Below the pieces are notes generated by a model that was not told the DNA's origin, ran no database searches, and worked only from the letters and a program-made list of their open reading frames with translations. From an uncultured Clostridia bacterium (GTDB lineage Bacteria > Bacillota > Clostridia > TANB77 > CAG-508): DNA of 38,855 nucleotides. The DNA lies in contig CALXBZ010000115.1 of NCBI GenBank assembly GCA_944386665.1, positions 1 to 38,855 of the forward strand. Direction: 5' to 3'. A program made the translations under genes and the position numbers. Below are positions 17,934 to 28,672 of this stretch, piece by piece (within the stretch, counting starts at the first letter, position 1; each line of letters opens with the position of its first letter).

Positions 17934-17957
17934 GAGGGGATTAATTCCCCTCTCTTA
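17934..17957 (+). terminator. Hairpin/terminator after the capsid gene
   Basis: GAGGGGA-TTAAT-TCCCCTC perfect 7-bp stem with a weak U-tract. Confidence 0.65.
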
Positions 17958-17987
17958 ACGATTAAATAATATTGGGTATAATTAGAT

Positions 17988-18728
17988 ATGGCTAACAAAA
18001 CTTATTTTGATTTATGTAATGAAGTATTAACAGAATTATTTTATGAGAGAGTAAGTACCTTTGAAGAATTAGATGGTATTGCCGAAGGTATTAAAGTTAA
18101 ACAAGATTTAAATTCTGCTCTTAATATGGTGTGTAATAGTGAGAATGCTCCATTTAGATTTAGAAAATGTGAGTTTGACTTAGCACTTGTCGAAGGTATT
18201 AAAAACTATGAAATGCCTAATGGTTATATCGACTATATGAGATATAGAGATACTCCAATAGTATTGGTATATGAAGAGGACCACGAGTATCTACCTGTTA
18301 CTTATGGTATGCCTTTACAATATTGGATAGATAACGGTAAAGAGATTTCTTTATATCCTATACCAGACTCTACTCAAACAGGGCGTCTTATTAAAGTAGA
18401 GTTCTATACAAATGATTTTGCTAGAAACAAATGTGGTGTTTTAAAACCAGAAATGAAACTAGCAGATGATGAACCTATTATACCAAACCATCATAGAGAT
18501 ATTCTTAAATGGAAAGTATGTGCTGATTGGAGAGCTTCATTAAACGATGCTAAAGCTTTATTCTATGAAAGAAGATATAAGAAAGCTTATACAAATCTAA
18601 TAGCAGACCAGAAGCTTACAAGAGATTATCCAGCTGGATTTAATATTATGGGTAATAACTTAAAGAATTATCAGAATAGTATTATTAGAGCTTTCTATTT
18701 ACCATCAACAGCTAAAAGGATTTATTAA
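17988..18728 (+). CDS. Head-to-tail adaptor (tail tubular protein A-like)
   Basis: Follows the capsid gene. The TYFDLCNEVL start and G.P..Y...LYPIPD...D.P.IP motifs are typical of podovirus adaptors. Confidence 0.7.
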   Translation: MANKTYFDLCNEVLTELFYERVSTFEELDGIAEGIKVKQDLNSALNMVCNSENAPFRFRKCEFDLALVEGIKNYEMPNGYIDYMRYRDTPIVLVYEEDHEYLPVTYGMPLQYWIDNGKEISLYPIPDSTQTGRLIKVEFYTNDFARNKCGVLKPEMKLADDEPIIPNHHRDILKWKVCADWRASLNDAKALFYERRYKKAYTNLIADQKLTRDYPAGFNIMGNNLKNYQNSIIRAFYLPSTAKRIY

Positions 18729-21184
18729 TGGCAGGAACTATTAAATACTATAACTTAACAGGTGGACTTAATACAGTTCAAGGATTGGGTACAATCAATC
18801 AATCTCCTAAACGTACAGAGTCTCCTGATATGATGAATGTTGAATATTACAAATTAGGTGGTATTCAATCTATGGAAGGTAACCAACAATTTGCAAATGT
18901 ACTTCCATCATCTATTACATTAGGTTATGAGTATATATATCAAAATACAAAATATATGATAGTATGTACTTCTGATGGTACTGTATATAGATATGATAAA
19001 CCCTCTAGTGAATTTATTCAAATATATAAATTTGCTACTCCTACAGAACGTCATAGTATTTGTACTTTTAATAATGGTATAGTAATAAGTAATGGTGTAG
19101 ACGATTTAATTTTTTATCAATACGGACGCCATCAATTACTTCAAGGTAGTCTTACTTTAACTCAAGACTCTACAGAAATAACTGGTACTGATACTAAGTT
19201 TCTTACTGATTTATCTATTGGAGATTATATTGAATTCGCAGATATAGAAGGTAAATTTAAAGTAGTTACAATTACTGATGATACTCATTTAACAATAGAT
19301 AGAGTACCAGAGTTTGAAGCTAGTCAACTATATTATGCTTGGACTAATGGTGATACTACATTATATACAACAACAATTGATAATAGTACTAATGTAAATG
19401 TTTATAATATAAATGGGACTAGTGTTAGTATAGCTTATACTAATGGGAATATAGCAAATAATGTACTAAGTATACAAACAAAACAAACTGTAACCCAACA
19501 AGGAAGTAATTATAAAGATTGGACACAACCTAATCCAACTTCTAATACGTCTTATGGAACAATATCAGGTAATATAGAAAATCCATATACGTTATTCTCT
19601 GGTGGTGGCTATGGATTCGCTTTTGGAACAGTTACAGTAACCTGGAATTTTCCAGTTACATTGAGACTTAGTTCAATTAGTTATAGAATTGTTGAGGCTG
19701 GTTACTCTAGATTAACGGTTAGAGTGTATAATCAAAATAATACTTTATTATCTGTTAGAGAAATAGACCAGACGAGTGGTGATATTTTTAATGACACCTT
19801 TAATACTGTAACTGATACAACAAGTATAAGAGTAGAATTTAATTATCCCTTAGTATCTGGTGGACCTGGTTTTGCTCTTGTAGGAGAAATAAAACTATAC
19901 GGTAAAGAGAAATATAGTTATAACTACACATCTGAAGAAGTTGTTAATACTAACTACAACTATTCAGAATCTGATAATCAAACTCTTGATACTAACCTTA
20001 GTAATGTTAGTTATTACCTAAGTGATATATCAGAACTTAATGCAGTATATACTACTGATGATGAAAACATACGTAGAGAAATAAGAGGGCTTGCTCTTAA
20101 CTCATACCAAGGTAGAATATTCGTAGGTGCTAATGATGGAACTTTGTATTATTCTGGAGTAGGTTTAATCCACGGATGGAACTTACAAAAAGATGATGCT
20201 GGAGCTATACCCTCATTCTATGATGATAACTCTGATTTTACCGCGTTAGGTTTATGGGATAAATATTTAGTAATATGTAAGAGAGAAAGAAGCTATTTAC
20301 TTGATGGTACTAATGCAGACCAAGGGCAATGGATTTTAAACCCTTATAGTGATTATACTTGTGATAGTCAACAATCTTGGTTAGTAGCTAATAACTCCTT
20401 TATAGTATACTCTCGTAGTGCTGGTGGTATATATCCATTACTTCAAAGAACAATCTATAACCCTAACTATCAGGGTGTGGATATGAGTGTAAAGATAAGG
20501 GATAGTTTTTATAATCTTAATGAAAGTAAATTCCCTTTTATATTCCCAGTATATCATCCAAGAAAAAAATATATAATGTTCTATATGCCATTTATTTATG
20601 GCAATGGAAGTAACTATTGTTATATATTTGATTTACAAACAAAGACTTGGTTACTTAGAGTAGTACCGCAAGAAGTAACTTGTGCATTTAGATATGATAA
20701 TAAAATATATATAGGTACTCGAACTGGTAAAATACTAGAAGAATTTAAAGGTAGTAACTTTGATGGAGAGCCTATAGAGTTTTATTGGAAATCACCATTC
20801 TTTACATTCGGACAAGGAACTGATTATCTATCTACTAGAGAATTTAGAGTTAGTATAAGCGAAGATAGTTTAAATAAATTCTACGTTAGAAATAGAAGAG
20901 ATGGAGAGGGTAAGCAAGACTCCAGATTAATTACACAATCAGTTCAAGGTGGAAATACTCTTATATGGAATACTGTTAATCAAGAAGGAGATAATATAAC
21001 AGATACAACTTGGGATAATTATAACTGGGTTATAAATAAATATAGTGTAAAACGTTTTCCATTACCTAGACAATTCTTCCAACAAATGCAAGTAGAGTTT
21101 TACGGTAAAGGATTAGATGAAGGAATGAGAATATTTGGTTTTGAGATAGACGGTATACAACTAGAAGAAGTAACCTGGAGATAG
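18728..21184 (+). CDS. Tail nozzle/stabilisation protein (tail tubular protein B-like) with inserted domain
   Basis: N-terminal GGLN, beta-propeller-type repeats (YQGRIFVG, LYYS, TALG) and a T/N-rich central insertion. Confidence 0.7.
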   Translation: MAGTIKYYNLTGGLNTVQGLGTINQSPKRTESPDMMNVEYYKLGGIQSMEGNQQFANVLPSSITLGYEYIYQNTKYMIVCTSDGTVYRYDKPSSEFIQIYKFATPTERHSICTFNNGIVISNGVDDLIFYQYGRHQLLQGSLTLTQDSTEITGTDTKFLTDLSIGDYIEFADIEGKFKVVTITDDTHLTIDRVPEFEASQLYYAWTNGDTTLYTTTIDNSTNVNVYNINGTSVSIAYTNGNIANNVLSIQTKQTVTQQGSNYKDWTQPNPTSNTSYGTISGNIENPYTLFSGGGYGFAFGTVTVTWNFPVTLRLSSISYRIVEAGYSRLTVRVYNQNNTLLSVREIDQTSGDIFNDTFNTVTDTTSIRVEFNYPLVSGGPGFALVGEIKLYGKEKYSYNYTSEEVVNTNYNYSESDNQTLDTNLSNVSYYLSDISELNAVYTTDDENIRREIRGLALNSYQGRIFVGANDGTLYYSGVGLIHGWNLQKDDAGAIPSFYDDNSDFTALGLWDKYLVICKRERSYLLDGTNADQGQWILNPYSDYTCDSQQSWLVANNSFIVYSRSAGGIYPLLQRTIYNPNYQGVDMSVKIRDSFYNLNESKFPFIFPVYHPRKKYIMFYMPFIYGNGSNYCYIFDLQTKTWLLRVVPQEVTCAFRYDNKIYIGTRTGKILEEFKGSNFDGEPIEFYWKSPFFTFGQGTDYLSTREFRVSISEDSLNKFYVRNRRDGEGKQDSRLITQSVQGGNTLIWNTVNQEGDNITDTTWDNYNWVINKYSVKRFPLPRQFFQQMQVEFYGKGLDEGMRIFGFEIDGIQLEEVTWR

Positions 21185-21198
21185 AAAGGATAGACTTA

Positions 21199-21726
21199 AT
21201 GGAACAATTTATGATACTACCAATTACCTGGTCGCCTGTATATCAAAAAGAAATAGAAGAAATATACAGAATGCTTAAAGACCAAGAACATAAAATATTT
21301 GACCTTACCTGGTATGATATGGGAGGAGATATATTAAATTATGTTGAAGGTCGTATTAAAGAAGATGCAGTATTTGTTATTAAAAAAGACAATGATATCT
21401 GTGCTTTCTTTATGTTAGAAAACCCTAGAACTTTCAAGAATATAATTACTAGAGTAGAAGTTCATACAGTAGTAAGAAAAAAATACTGGGGTAAAACTTC
21501 TCGAGATATTATGAATAGTTTTAGGAACTATTTATTTACTAATTATAATATTAAGAAAGTAATAGCTCAAGTCCCTCAATGTGGATATGGAGTTATTAAA
21601 CTACTTAAAGATATAGGCTTCAAGCACGAAGGAACATTAAAACAAGCATTACTCTTCTTAGATAAAAACAATAAACCAAAATTTTATGATGAGCTTATAT
21701 ATAGCTTAACAAATGAGGAGATTTAA
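21199..21726 (+). CDS. GNAT-fold acetyltransferase-like virion-module protein
   Basis: VEVHTVVRKKYWG and LLKDIGFKHEGTL motifs. Sits between nozzle and ejection proteins, as in many podoviruses. Confidence 0.75.
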   Translation: MEQFMILPITWSPVYQKEIEEIYRMLKDQEHKIFDLTWYDMGGDILNYVEGRIKEDAVFVIKKDNDICAFFMLENPRTFKNIITRVEVHTVVRKKYWGKTSRDIMNSFRNYLFTNYNIKKVIAQVPQCGYGVIKLLKDIGFKHEGTLKQALLFLDKNNKPKFYDELIYSLTNEEI

Positions 21727-21731
21727 TTATT

Positions 21732-22589
21732 ATGGCTAAAATTGTAGACAGACCAATGTATGAAGAATTTAAGGATACCCCCTGGATTACACATAATAGA
21801 GAGATGGAGAATACTGCTTATGGTACTCTCAACAATGCTTTAGATAATTTATATAACTTTAATGAGAATCAATATCAAGCAATAGCTGATGCATATACAG
21901 GTGCTCAATGGAAAGATTTAAATCGTGGTTATCTACAAGCTATGAATCAACAAGCAGCTAATGAACGTAATAGATTAGGTACATCTGGTGCTAGTTCTTC
22001 ATTATATAATACCAACACATTACAGAATAGTTATAATGATTTAGCAGGTAGATTGGCATCTAATACAGCTTCTCAATATAATAACCTTATTAATCAAGAA
22101 TGGAATAGACGTCTACAGAATTTAAATCTATACAATGATTTATGGAGAAATGCTGGTACTACAGCCCATAATATAGATATAGCAAATTGGGATATTAGAA
22201 ATCAAAACAAAGATAGACAATGGGCTAATGATGTTGATAGAAATAATAATACTGGTTGGAATGCTTTTGCTAATGTTCTTCAAGGTAGTGTAGAAGGTGC
22301 ACTAGCCGGTAGCGCTTTCGGGCCTTGGGGTGCTGCAATCGGTGGTGTAGTAGGTGGATTAGGAGCTACAGGAACTAATCAAAACAGTAGTAACTTAGGC
22401 TCTACTTCTATGAATTTATTTAATAACTTATCTGGAAATAATGGTAATAGTTATTCCAATTATGCTAATAACCAGAATTGGTTAGCTAATTCTGGTGTAG
22501 GTAATTATGGTCTATCAACCAACAATCTTACAGATACTTTAAGCAATAGTAATCTTTACCAAGCTATGGTTAATATAGGTTTAATTTAA
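21732..22589 (+). CDS. Ejection/internal virion protein (small)
   Basis: N/Q-rich helical protein with a glycine-zipper hydrophobic segment GALAGSAFGPWGAAIGGVVGGLG. Confidence 0.6.
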   Translation: MAKIVDRPMYEEFKDTPWITHNREMENTAYGTLNNALDNLYNFNENQYQAIADAYTGAQWKDLNRGYLQAMNQQAANERNRLGTSGASSSLYNTNTLQNSYNDLAGRLASNTASQYNNLINQEWNRRLQNLNLYNDLWRNAGTTAHNIDIANWDIRNQNKDRQWANDVDRNNNTGWNAFANVLQGSVEGALAGSAFGPWGAAIGGVVGGLGATGTNQNSSNLGSTSMNLFNNLSGNNGNSYSNYANNQNWLANSGVGNYGLSTNNLTDTLSNSNLYQAMVNIGLI

Positions 22590-22590
22590 T

Positions 22591-24489
22591 ATGGTTGAAC
22601 AAAAGAAAAATCAAATATTTCCTTGGAATAAACCAGGAGCTACTCCATTATCTATAGGATTAGATTTAGCTGGTAGTGGTTTAGCTGGTTTATCTGGATT
22701 AGGTATACTTAGTGGTGTTGGTTTAATACCAGGTGGGTTAGGATTACTTGGTAGTGTTGGACTTCATAATGCAGCAGATACTGCACGTGGAAATAATCAA
22801 TCAGTATCATTAGTTAAAGAGAATCCTAAACTACAACAAACTATTACTAATACTCCTCAACAACCAGCAAGAAGGAATTATGGATTTAAACCAGATACTA
22901 TTCAAGGAAAAATAGTTAGTGAAGCTTATAAACAAGGTGTTGACCCTGCTTTAGCTCTAGCAATAGCTAAACAAGAAAGTGGATTTAATCCTAATGCTTT
23001 CGGAGATATTAATGTTGGTGGTTCTTATGGGTTATTTCAAATCCATAGACCATCCCATCCAAACTACAAAGGCGGATTTAATGTTGATGAAAATATAAAA
23101 TACGGAGTAGGCTTTCTTAAAAATCTTGGTAACAGATTTAATAACGATATACAAAAAGTTATAATGGCTTATAATGCTGGGGCTGGTGCTGTTAATAGTG
23201 GCAATATTCCAGCATCAACTAGGCAACAATACTTACCTGGGGTTATGGGTTTTTATAATGAATACAATAAAGGTGAAGTTCCATATACTCCACAATTTAA
23301 CCAGAGGCTACTAGGAGGCTCAGCAACCCCTGTTAATTATGAAATAGGATATGTTGACCCCCCAAGAAATACAACAGCCCTTAATAAGCTTTTAAACGCC
23401 GCTAAGAATAATCAAGGAAATATAGATATGGATAATATTACTAATAACCAACAGATGGCTAATCTTTTAAATAATATACAAATGATATCTGAGTTTGCAA
23501 GAGGAGCACAACAAGGTAATAGACTTCCTGATTTAGGAGTCAGCAATGAAGAATTAGATGCTTATAGTAGAGCTTTAGAACAATTCGGAAAAAATATAGC
23601 TGGTGCCCGTAAAGATTTACAAACATATCAAGAAGCTATAGGAAATGTAGGTAGAGCTAATGCTCTAGCCCCTGTATTAAATGCTGTTGGCTCAGCCGCT
23701 ATTAATGCATTAGATACTAGATATCGCCCTATGTTTGATGTTACTGGACGTAATTATATAGGTGATAGAACTGGTGCTTTAAGAGACCCTAGAGTAAATT
23801 TATTCGGAGATAACGTAGCTAGAGGTATGATAAATAATCTATCAATAGCTGATAAACTTATCCAAATGAATAACGCACAAAGACAATTAGAATTACAGAG
23901 ACAACAACAAGCTGCTGATTTATTAACAGCTGCTAGGGTAAGTAATCAAACAGGTTTACCACTCCAAGTAACACGTCAGATGACACCTACTGATTATATA
24001 AATTATATTAAACCTACTCAAGAAGCTCAAAACAAAACACAAGAACAAGCTATGCAAGGTGTAGTAGATGCTATTACAGATAGACAACAACAATTAGCAG
24101 ATTATACTAAAGCAATAGATGAACAAAACTTACAAAATCTTGGACAGTATAATGTAGAACTTTTAGGTCAACAAGGTCAGAACTTAAGACAGGCTGCTCA
24201 ATTAGAAAATCAATATAATATAGCAATGATGGATAATGCTACTCGTAGATATATTGTTCAACAAACAGGGTTAAATGCTCAACAATTAGAGAACTTGAGA
24301 CAGTCTGACCCAAATGCATTCTATAGAGCAATAGGTCCAGTTCTTATGGCAGCTACATATAGTGTTGGTACTCCTGCTGCACAAAATGCTGGATTATTCA
24401 TTAACAATTTATTACTACCTTTAATTGGACAACAAGGAACTACTCAACAAACTCCTGACCAATCTTACTGGAGTCAATTTAATAAATAA
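22591..24489 (+). CDS. Ejection protein with SLT lytic transglycosylase domain
   Basis: AIAKQESGFNPNA, GLFQI and AYNAG motifs, an N-terminal Gly-rich hydrophobic segment and a Q-rich C-terminal region. Confidence 0.85.
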   Translation: MVEQKKNQIFPWNKPGATPLSIGLDLAGSGLAGLSGLGILSGVGLIPGGLGLLGSVGLHNAADTARGNNQSVSLVKENPKLQQTITNTPQQPARRNYGFKPDTIQGKIVSEAYKQGVDPALALAIAKQESGFNPNAFGDINVGGSYGLFQIHRPSHPNYKGGFNVDENIKYGVGFLKNLGNRFNNDIQKVIMAYNAGAGAVNSGNIPASTRQQYLPGVMGFYNEYNKGEVPYTPQFNQRLLGGSATPVNYEIGYVDPPRNTTALNKLLNAAKNNQGNIDMDNITNNQQMANLLNNIQMISEFARGAQQGNRLPDLGVSNEELDAYSRALEQFGKNIAGARKDLQTYQEAIGNVGRANALAPVLNAVGSAAINALDTRYRPMFDVTGRNYIGDRTGALRDPRVNLFGDNVARGMINNLSIADKLIQMNNAQRQLELQRQQQAADLLTAARVSNQTGLPLQVTRQMTPTDYINYIKPTQEAQNKTQEQAMQGVVDAITDRQQQLADYTKAIDEQNLQNLGQYNVELLGQQGQNLRQAAQLENQYNIAMMDNATRRYIVQQTGLNAQQLENLRQSDPNAFYRAIGPVLMAATYSVGTPAAQNAGLFINNLLLPLIGQQGTTQQTPDQSYWSQFNK

Positions 24490-24500
24490 GAGGTTTATTA

Positions 24501-27401
24501 ATGGCTGATAAATTTAATAGACAAGAGGCTATACAAGGTGCTTTAGATATGGGACAATCGATTGAACAAATCAATCAAGGTCTTAGTTCTATTGGACAAA
24601 AACCTTTAAGTAGTTATGAACAAACATTAATACAAGATAATAACTTTGGACAATCTTTAGGAGAAAGGTTTGGGGAAGGTGCAATGAATTTTGCTCAAGG
24701 TTTGGGTACTATTCTTGCATCTCCCGTTGAATATTATCGTAATAAAGATTTCAGAAATGCTGTTAATAAAGGTGTAGCTAACTACACACAAGATGTATTA
24801 ACCGGTAATAGAAATCCTGTTGAAGACTTTACTAATCTAATGTTAAGTCCATACGGTGTAGAGTCTAATGATATATTTAAAGCTCCTCTTCAATCAGGAC
24901 AACGTATATTAGAAGGTGCTGCTTCTCATCCATTTGATGCTACATTAGATGCTATGAGTATACTTCCTCCCGGTACTATAGCAAACGTTTTAAATAAAAT
25001 ACCTAATGAAGGGTTTCAAAAAATTAGACGTGGGATAATGCCTACTACTAGAGAAAGACGTGTTAATACTCTTCTCAATAGAGGAGCTGGCGAAAGTATT
25101 ACTAAACGTTCTGACTTTGAAGATAAACTTACTAAGATTGCTACAGACTCTGACTTACCTAAATATGTTAGAGAATTAACTACAGGTACCGGCGAAGCTA
25201 GTAAAGGTAAACAGGCATTACAAGACTTTACTAAAGAATTAAATGAGAGGATGGTTAAGCTAGGGTTAGACCCTAATGAATATAAGAGAACTTCTGTAGC
25301 TCAAAAAGTATTAGAAGATTTAGACCCTAACAGAAAAGGTAATATATATTTACAGAATGTACAGAAAGCTATAGATAATCCTACAGAAGCTAATATAAAA
25401 GCTTTAGGTGTAGATGAAGCTAGGTTTAAACAATTAGTCGACGATGCTAATAAACTTGCGGATAAAGGTAAGCTAGCTACTATTACTCAAAGAAATATAT
25501 ATAGTGATGTAGACCACAGACTGGTAGACTTATCAGAATTAGGCCAAGGTGTTACAAGACAAAGAACTTTCGGTACAGCTACTCCAGAACAAGTAGCAAG
25601 AAATTTTGATAGAGGATATAGAAATCTATATAACCTTATTGAACGTGCTGAAAATAGTAGAGATAGTCTCGGAGAAATAGCTAAAGAATTCGGTCGAAAA
25701 ATATCTCCTAATGATGTTAATAAGGTTCGGAGTAATGAAGTAGTTATATCTCCTAAAGAATATCGAGATAATGTAAGTCAACTGTTTGGGCGTGATACAA
25801 ATGGTAATATAGAAAAGCTAGCTAATGATGTTACTAAAGGTGCTAATGCAAACACATTAAGTAAGTATAGTGATGATTTATATGTGGTGCCTAAAGCTGA
25901 TGTAGAAGCTTGGAGAAACTATACAGCTGGTATAGATTACCAATCGTTAATGGGTAGATTTGTACAAAGTGCTAGACCTGTAATGGGAGCGTTTAAATCA
26001 AATGTGCTAACCAGACCTTCTTATGTAGCTGGTAACAGAATAGGTAACTGGGCATTAGGTGCTATAGGTGGAGCTGATTATGCGAGCGCTTTAAATCCAA
26101 GACTAAGAAAATATATTCCAGAATATATTAAACAATCAACATCCTACCACGGCTATGATGCTGTTAATACAAATAATCCTTTAGTTGCTTATAAAGATAG
26201 TGCATCTAGATTACGTAATGCAATTAAAGATATTCAAGACCCTGATACTAAGTTACCTGATAGAATAGCAGCAGCTGGTCAAGTAGTACAACGTACTCAA
26301 GAATTAGCATTACCTATAAGACAATTATTCCAAGCTGAAAGTCAATTAGAATATCTTGACAGAAGTGCGGTTTATTTTAATGAGGCTAAGAAGTTAGCTA
26401 GAGAAACTAATAAATCTTTTGAACAAGTATTAAAAGAAGGAGTTAAAGATAGTCAAACACAACGTACTTTAATAGATAGAGTTAATAGTGTATTAGGAGA
26501 TTATGTAGGTAGAAACTATTATATAAATCCAACTCTTAGAGAATTTGCTTCTACAATAACTCCATTCTATAAGGTAATAACAACAAGTGCTGATGTTGGA
26601 AGACAACAATTATATAGAAATCCATTCCGTGTGCAAGCGTATGCTAGGATACCAAGCAGAGCTGGTAATGAAATACAAAGAGTAGATGCTGAACTTGGAT
26701 ATCAACCAACTGATAATGACCCTAGAGGTGGTATGGTAGTTACTCCTACTTATAGTAGACGTGCTCCAGCTACAGTATTATATAATAATTATCATCCACT
26801 TAGTGCTCCTGCTGAAATAGTACAGAGTTTATTTGGACCTTCTCCAAGACAAGGTGAAGGTACTGGATTAGCTGGTATCGGTGGTATAGTTGCTGGTAAT
26901 ATAACTCCAATTACTGGAATAATAAATGCGTTAGAAGGTAAAGACCCTTATGGCAATCCTGTAGTTGGTCCTAATAGTTATAAGCTAGGTAATCAAGTTA
27001 TTACTCTTGATGAGAATGGTAATAAATTAGAACAACCTGATATTATCGGTGGTGTAACCGGATATATAGGAAGATATCTACTTCCTTCTGCTACATTATG
27101 GAACTCTACTCTAGGACCTGTTGCAGGAACTTTAAACAATAGAAACTTCTATAGACCAACATCACGTTCTATATTCGGACAGATAGGTAATACCCCAAGT
27201 ATTCCTTACTTATATGAAGGTAATCCTAATAAACCAATGGCTAATAATCCGTTAGATGTTTGGATTAATCAAACTGGATTTAGGACAAGAGATGTATGGT
27301 ACCCATTACAAAATAGAATAAGTCCTTATGATATGAGACAACTTAATAGACGTAGATATATGGATGAACAAAGATTATTAATGAAACAACGAGGTAATTA
27401 A
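24501..27401 (+). CDS. Large ejection/internal virion protein
   Basis: 966 aa, third of the ejection-protein trio by position. Confidence 0.6.
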   Translation: MADKFNRQEAIQGALDMGQSIEQINQGLSSIGQKPLSSYEQTLIQDNNFGQSLGERFGEGAMNFAQGLGTILASPVEYYRNKDFRNAVNKGVANYTQDVLTGNRNPVEDFTNLMLSPYGVESNDIFKAPLQSGQRILEGAASHPFDATLDAMSILPPGTIANVLNKIPNEGFQKIRRGIMPTTRERRVNTLLNRGAGESITKRSDFEDKLTKIATDSDLPKYVRELTTGTGEASKGKQALQDFTKELNERMVKLGLDPNEYKRTSVAQKVLEDLDPNRKGNIYLQNVQKAIDNPTEANIKALGVDEARFKQLVDDANKLADKGKLATITQRNIYSDVDHRLVDLSELGQGVTRQRTFGTATPEQVARNFDRGYRNLYNLIERAENSRDSLGEIAKEFGRKISPNDVNKVRSNEVVISPKEYRDNVSQLFGRDTNGNIEKLANDVTKGANANTLSKYSDDLYVVPKADVEAWRNYTAGIDYQSLMGRFVQSARPVMGAFKSNVLTRPSYVAGNRIGNWALGAIGGADYASALNPRLRKYIPEYIKQSTSYHGYDAVNTNNPLVAYKDSASRLRNAIKDIQDPDTKLPDRIAAAGQVVQRTQELALPIRQLFQAESQLEYLDRSAVYFNEAKKLARETNKSFEQVLKEGVKDSQTQRTLIDRVNSVLGDYVGRNYYINPTLREFASTITPFYKVITTSADVGRQQLYRNPFRVQAYARIPSRAGNEIQRVDAELGYQPTDNDPRGGMVVTPTYSRRAPATVLYNNYHPLSAPAEIVQSLFGPSPRQGEGTGLAGIGGIVAGNITPITGIINALEGKDPYGNPVVGPNSYKLGNQVITLDENGNKLEQPDIIGGVTGYIGRYLLPSATLWNSTLGPVAGTLNNRNFYRPTSRSIFGQIGNTPSIPYLYEGNPNKPMANNPLDVWINQTGFRTRDVWYPLQNRISPYDMRQLNRRRYMDEQRLLMKQRGN

Positions 27402-27403
27402 AT

Positions 27404-28252
27404 ATGGTTTGGACAATACCTAATACATTCGTAGGTGGTACACGTGCTAGTGCTACTGAAATGAATGAAAACTTTACAAGTATAAAGCAATTTGTAGACC
27501 TTCTCGAAACACAAGGTGCTAACAATGAAATTGATATTTCAACCTTAACTACTAATAAAGCAGATATTAATGGTTCTACTGAACAAAGATTTTCTGTAGC
27601 TAATCCTAGTTCATCTATGGATGCAATGAATTTGCAAACATTTAAAAGTTTAACCCTTAATAGTAGAGATACAATTTCAGGATATAACCTAAGTAAAACT
27701 AATAATAATACAATTAGTGCTACACCTGGTAGTTGTTACGATAGTACATATGAGTTTATGATTACATCAACCCTTACTCTTTCTAAGAGTGAAGCACTTG
27801 GTGCTAATGCTACATATTATGTATTTGTTTGTGGTGATGCTCAAGGTGAAAATCCTCAACTAGTATTTACTACCTCTTCTACAATACCTACATTACCGAG
27901 TGGCTATGATTATTATAGACGTATTGGTAATTTTACTACAGATGGTAATGCTAATATAAATAGAGTCTTAAATGAAGGACAAGTTGCTAATAACTTTGTA
28001 GGCTTCATTGGAGGACAAATGGGTGGTGGAGGAATAGGAACTATTACCCTTACTGAAAATAGATGGTTATATGCTAGAGTGAGTGCTAGAAATACGCAAG
28101 CATTTATCTATATAAATAATCTTATTGTAGCCAATGAATATACTGCAAAAGAATGGAATGATGCACATAGTGTAATGATACCTTGTATGGCTGGTCAGAC
28201 TATTCGTATAGAAGGTGGATGGTCAGAAATTGTTTGGTATCAAATGATATAG
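27404..28252 (+). CDS. Tail fibre/needle protein
   Basis: N-terminal PNTFVGGT.ASA.EMNENF anchor motif and TYYVF...PTLPSGYDYYRRIG domain seen in phage tail proteins. Confidence 0.7.
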   Translation: MVWTIPNTFVGGTRASATEMNENFTSIKQFVDLLETQGANNEIDISTLTTNKADINGSTEQRFSVANPSSSMDAMNLQTFKSLTLNSRDTISGYNLSKTNNNTISATPGSCYDSTYEFMITSTLTLSKSEALGANATYYVFVCGDAQGENPQLVFTTSSTIPTLPSGYDYYRRIGNFTTDGNANINRVLNEGQVANNFVGFIGGQMGGGGIGTITLTENRWLYARVSARNTQAFIYINNLIVANEYTAKEWNDAHSVMIPCMAGQTIRIEGGWSEIVWYQMI

Positions 28253-28261
28253 GTAATAATT

Positions 28262-28657
28262 ATGGTAGACAAGTTAGTATTAGAAATAAATCAAGGATGT
28301 CCAAGAGGATATGCATTTACAATAACTCAGAAGGTGTGTAATTCAGATGGGAGTTATAATATAGTACCCTTAAACTTAACAGGTATGACTATAGAGTTTT
28401 TAATTAAGAAAGCTCCATATTATAAACTACCTAGTCTTATTGCTAAGTATATAACAGAAAGTTCTAGTTTGGTAGATACTGGACAAATAACAGATGCAAA
28501 AAATGGCCAGTTCTTTGTTCAAATAACTCAAGAAGAAAGTGTTAAACTACCACCTGGTGAATATGCTTTAGTAATTAGAATAGTAGATAAAGATACTGTA
28601 AATCATATTAGCGGTGATGGTAATAATTATGCAATCTATAGAGTTTGCTATCAATAA
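28262..28657 (+). CDS. Fibre-attachment (BppU N-terminal-like) protein
   Basis: PLNLTGMTIEF...ITDAKNGQFFVQIT...LPPGEY pattern. Confidence 0.55.
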   Translation: MVDKLVLEINQGCPRGYAFTITQKVCNSDGSYNIVPLNLTGMTIEFLIKKAPYYKLPSLIAKYITESSSLVDTGQITDAKNGQFFVQITQEESVKLPPGEYALVIRIVDKDTVNHISGDGNNYAIYRVCYQ

Positions 28658-28672
28658 TAGGAGATATTTATT

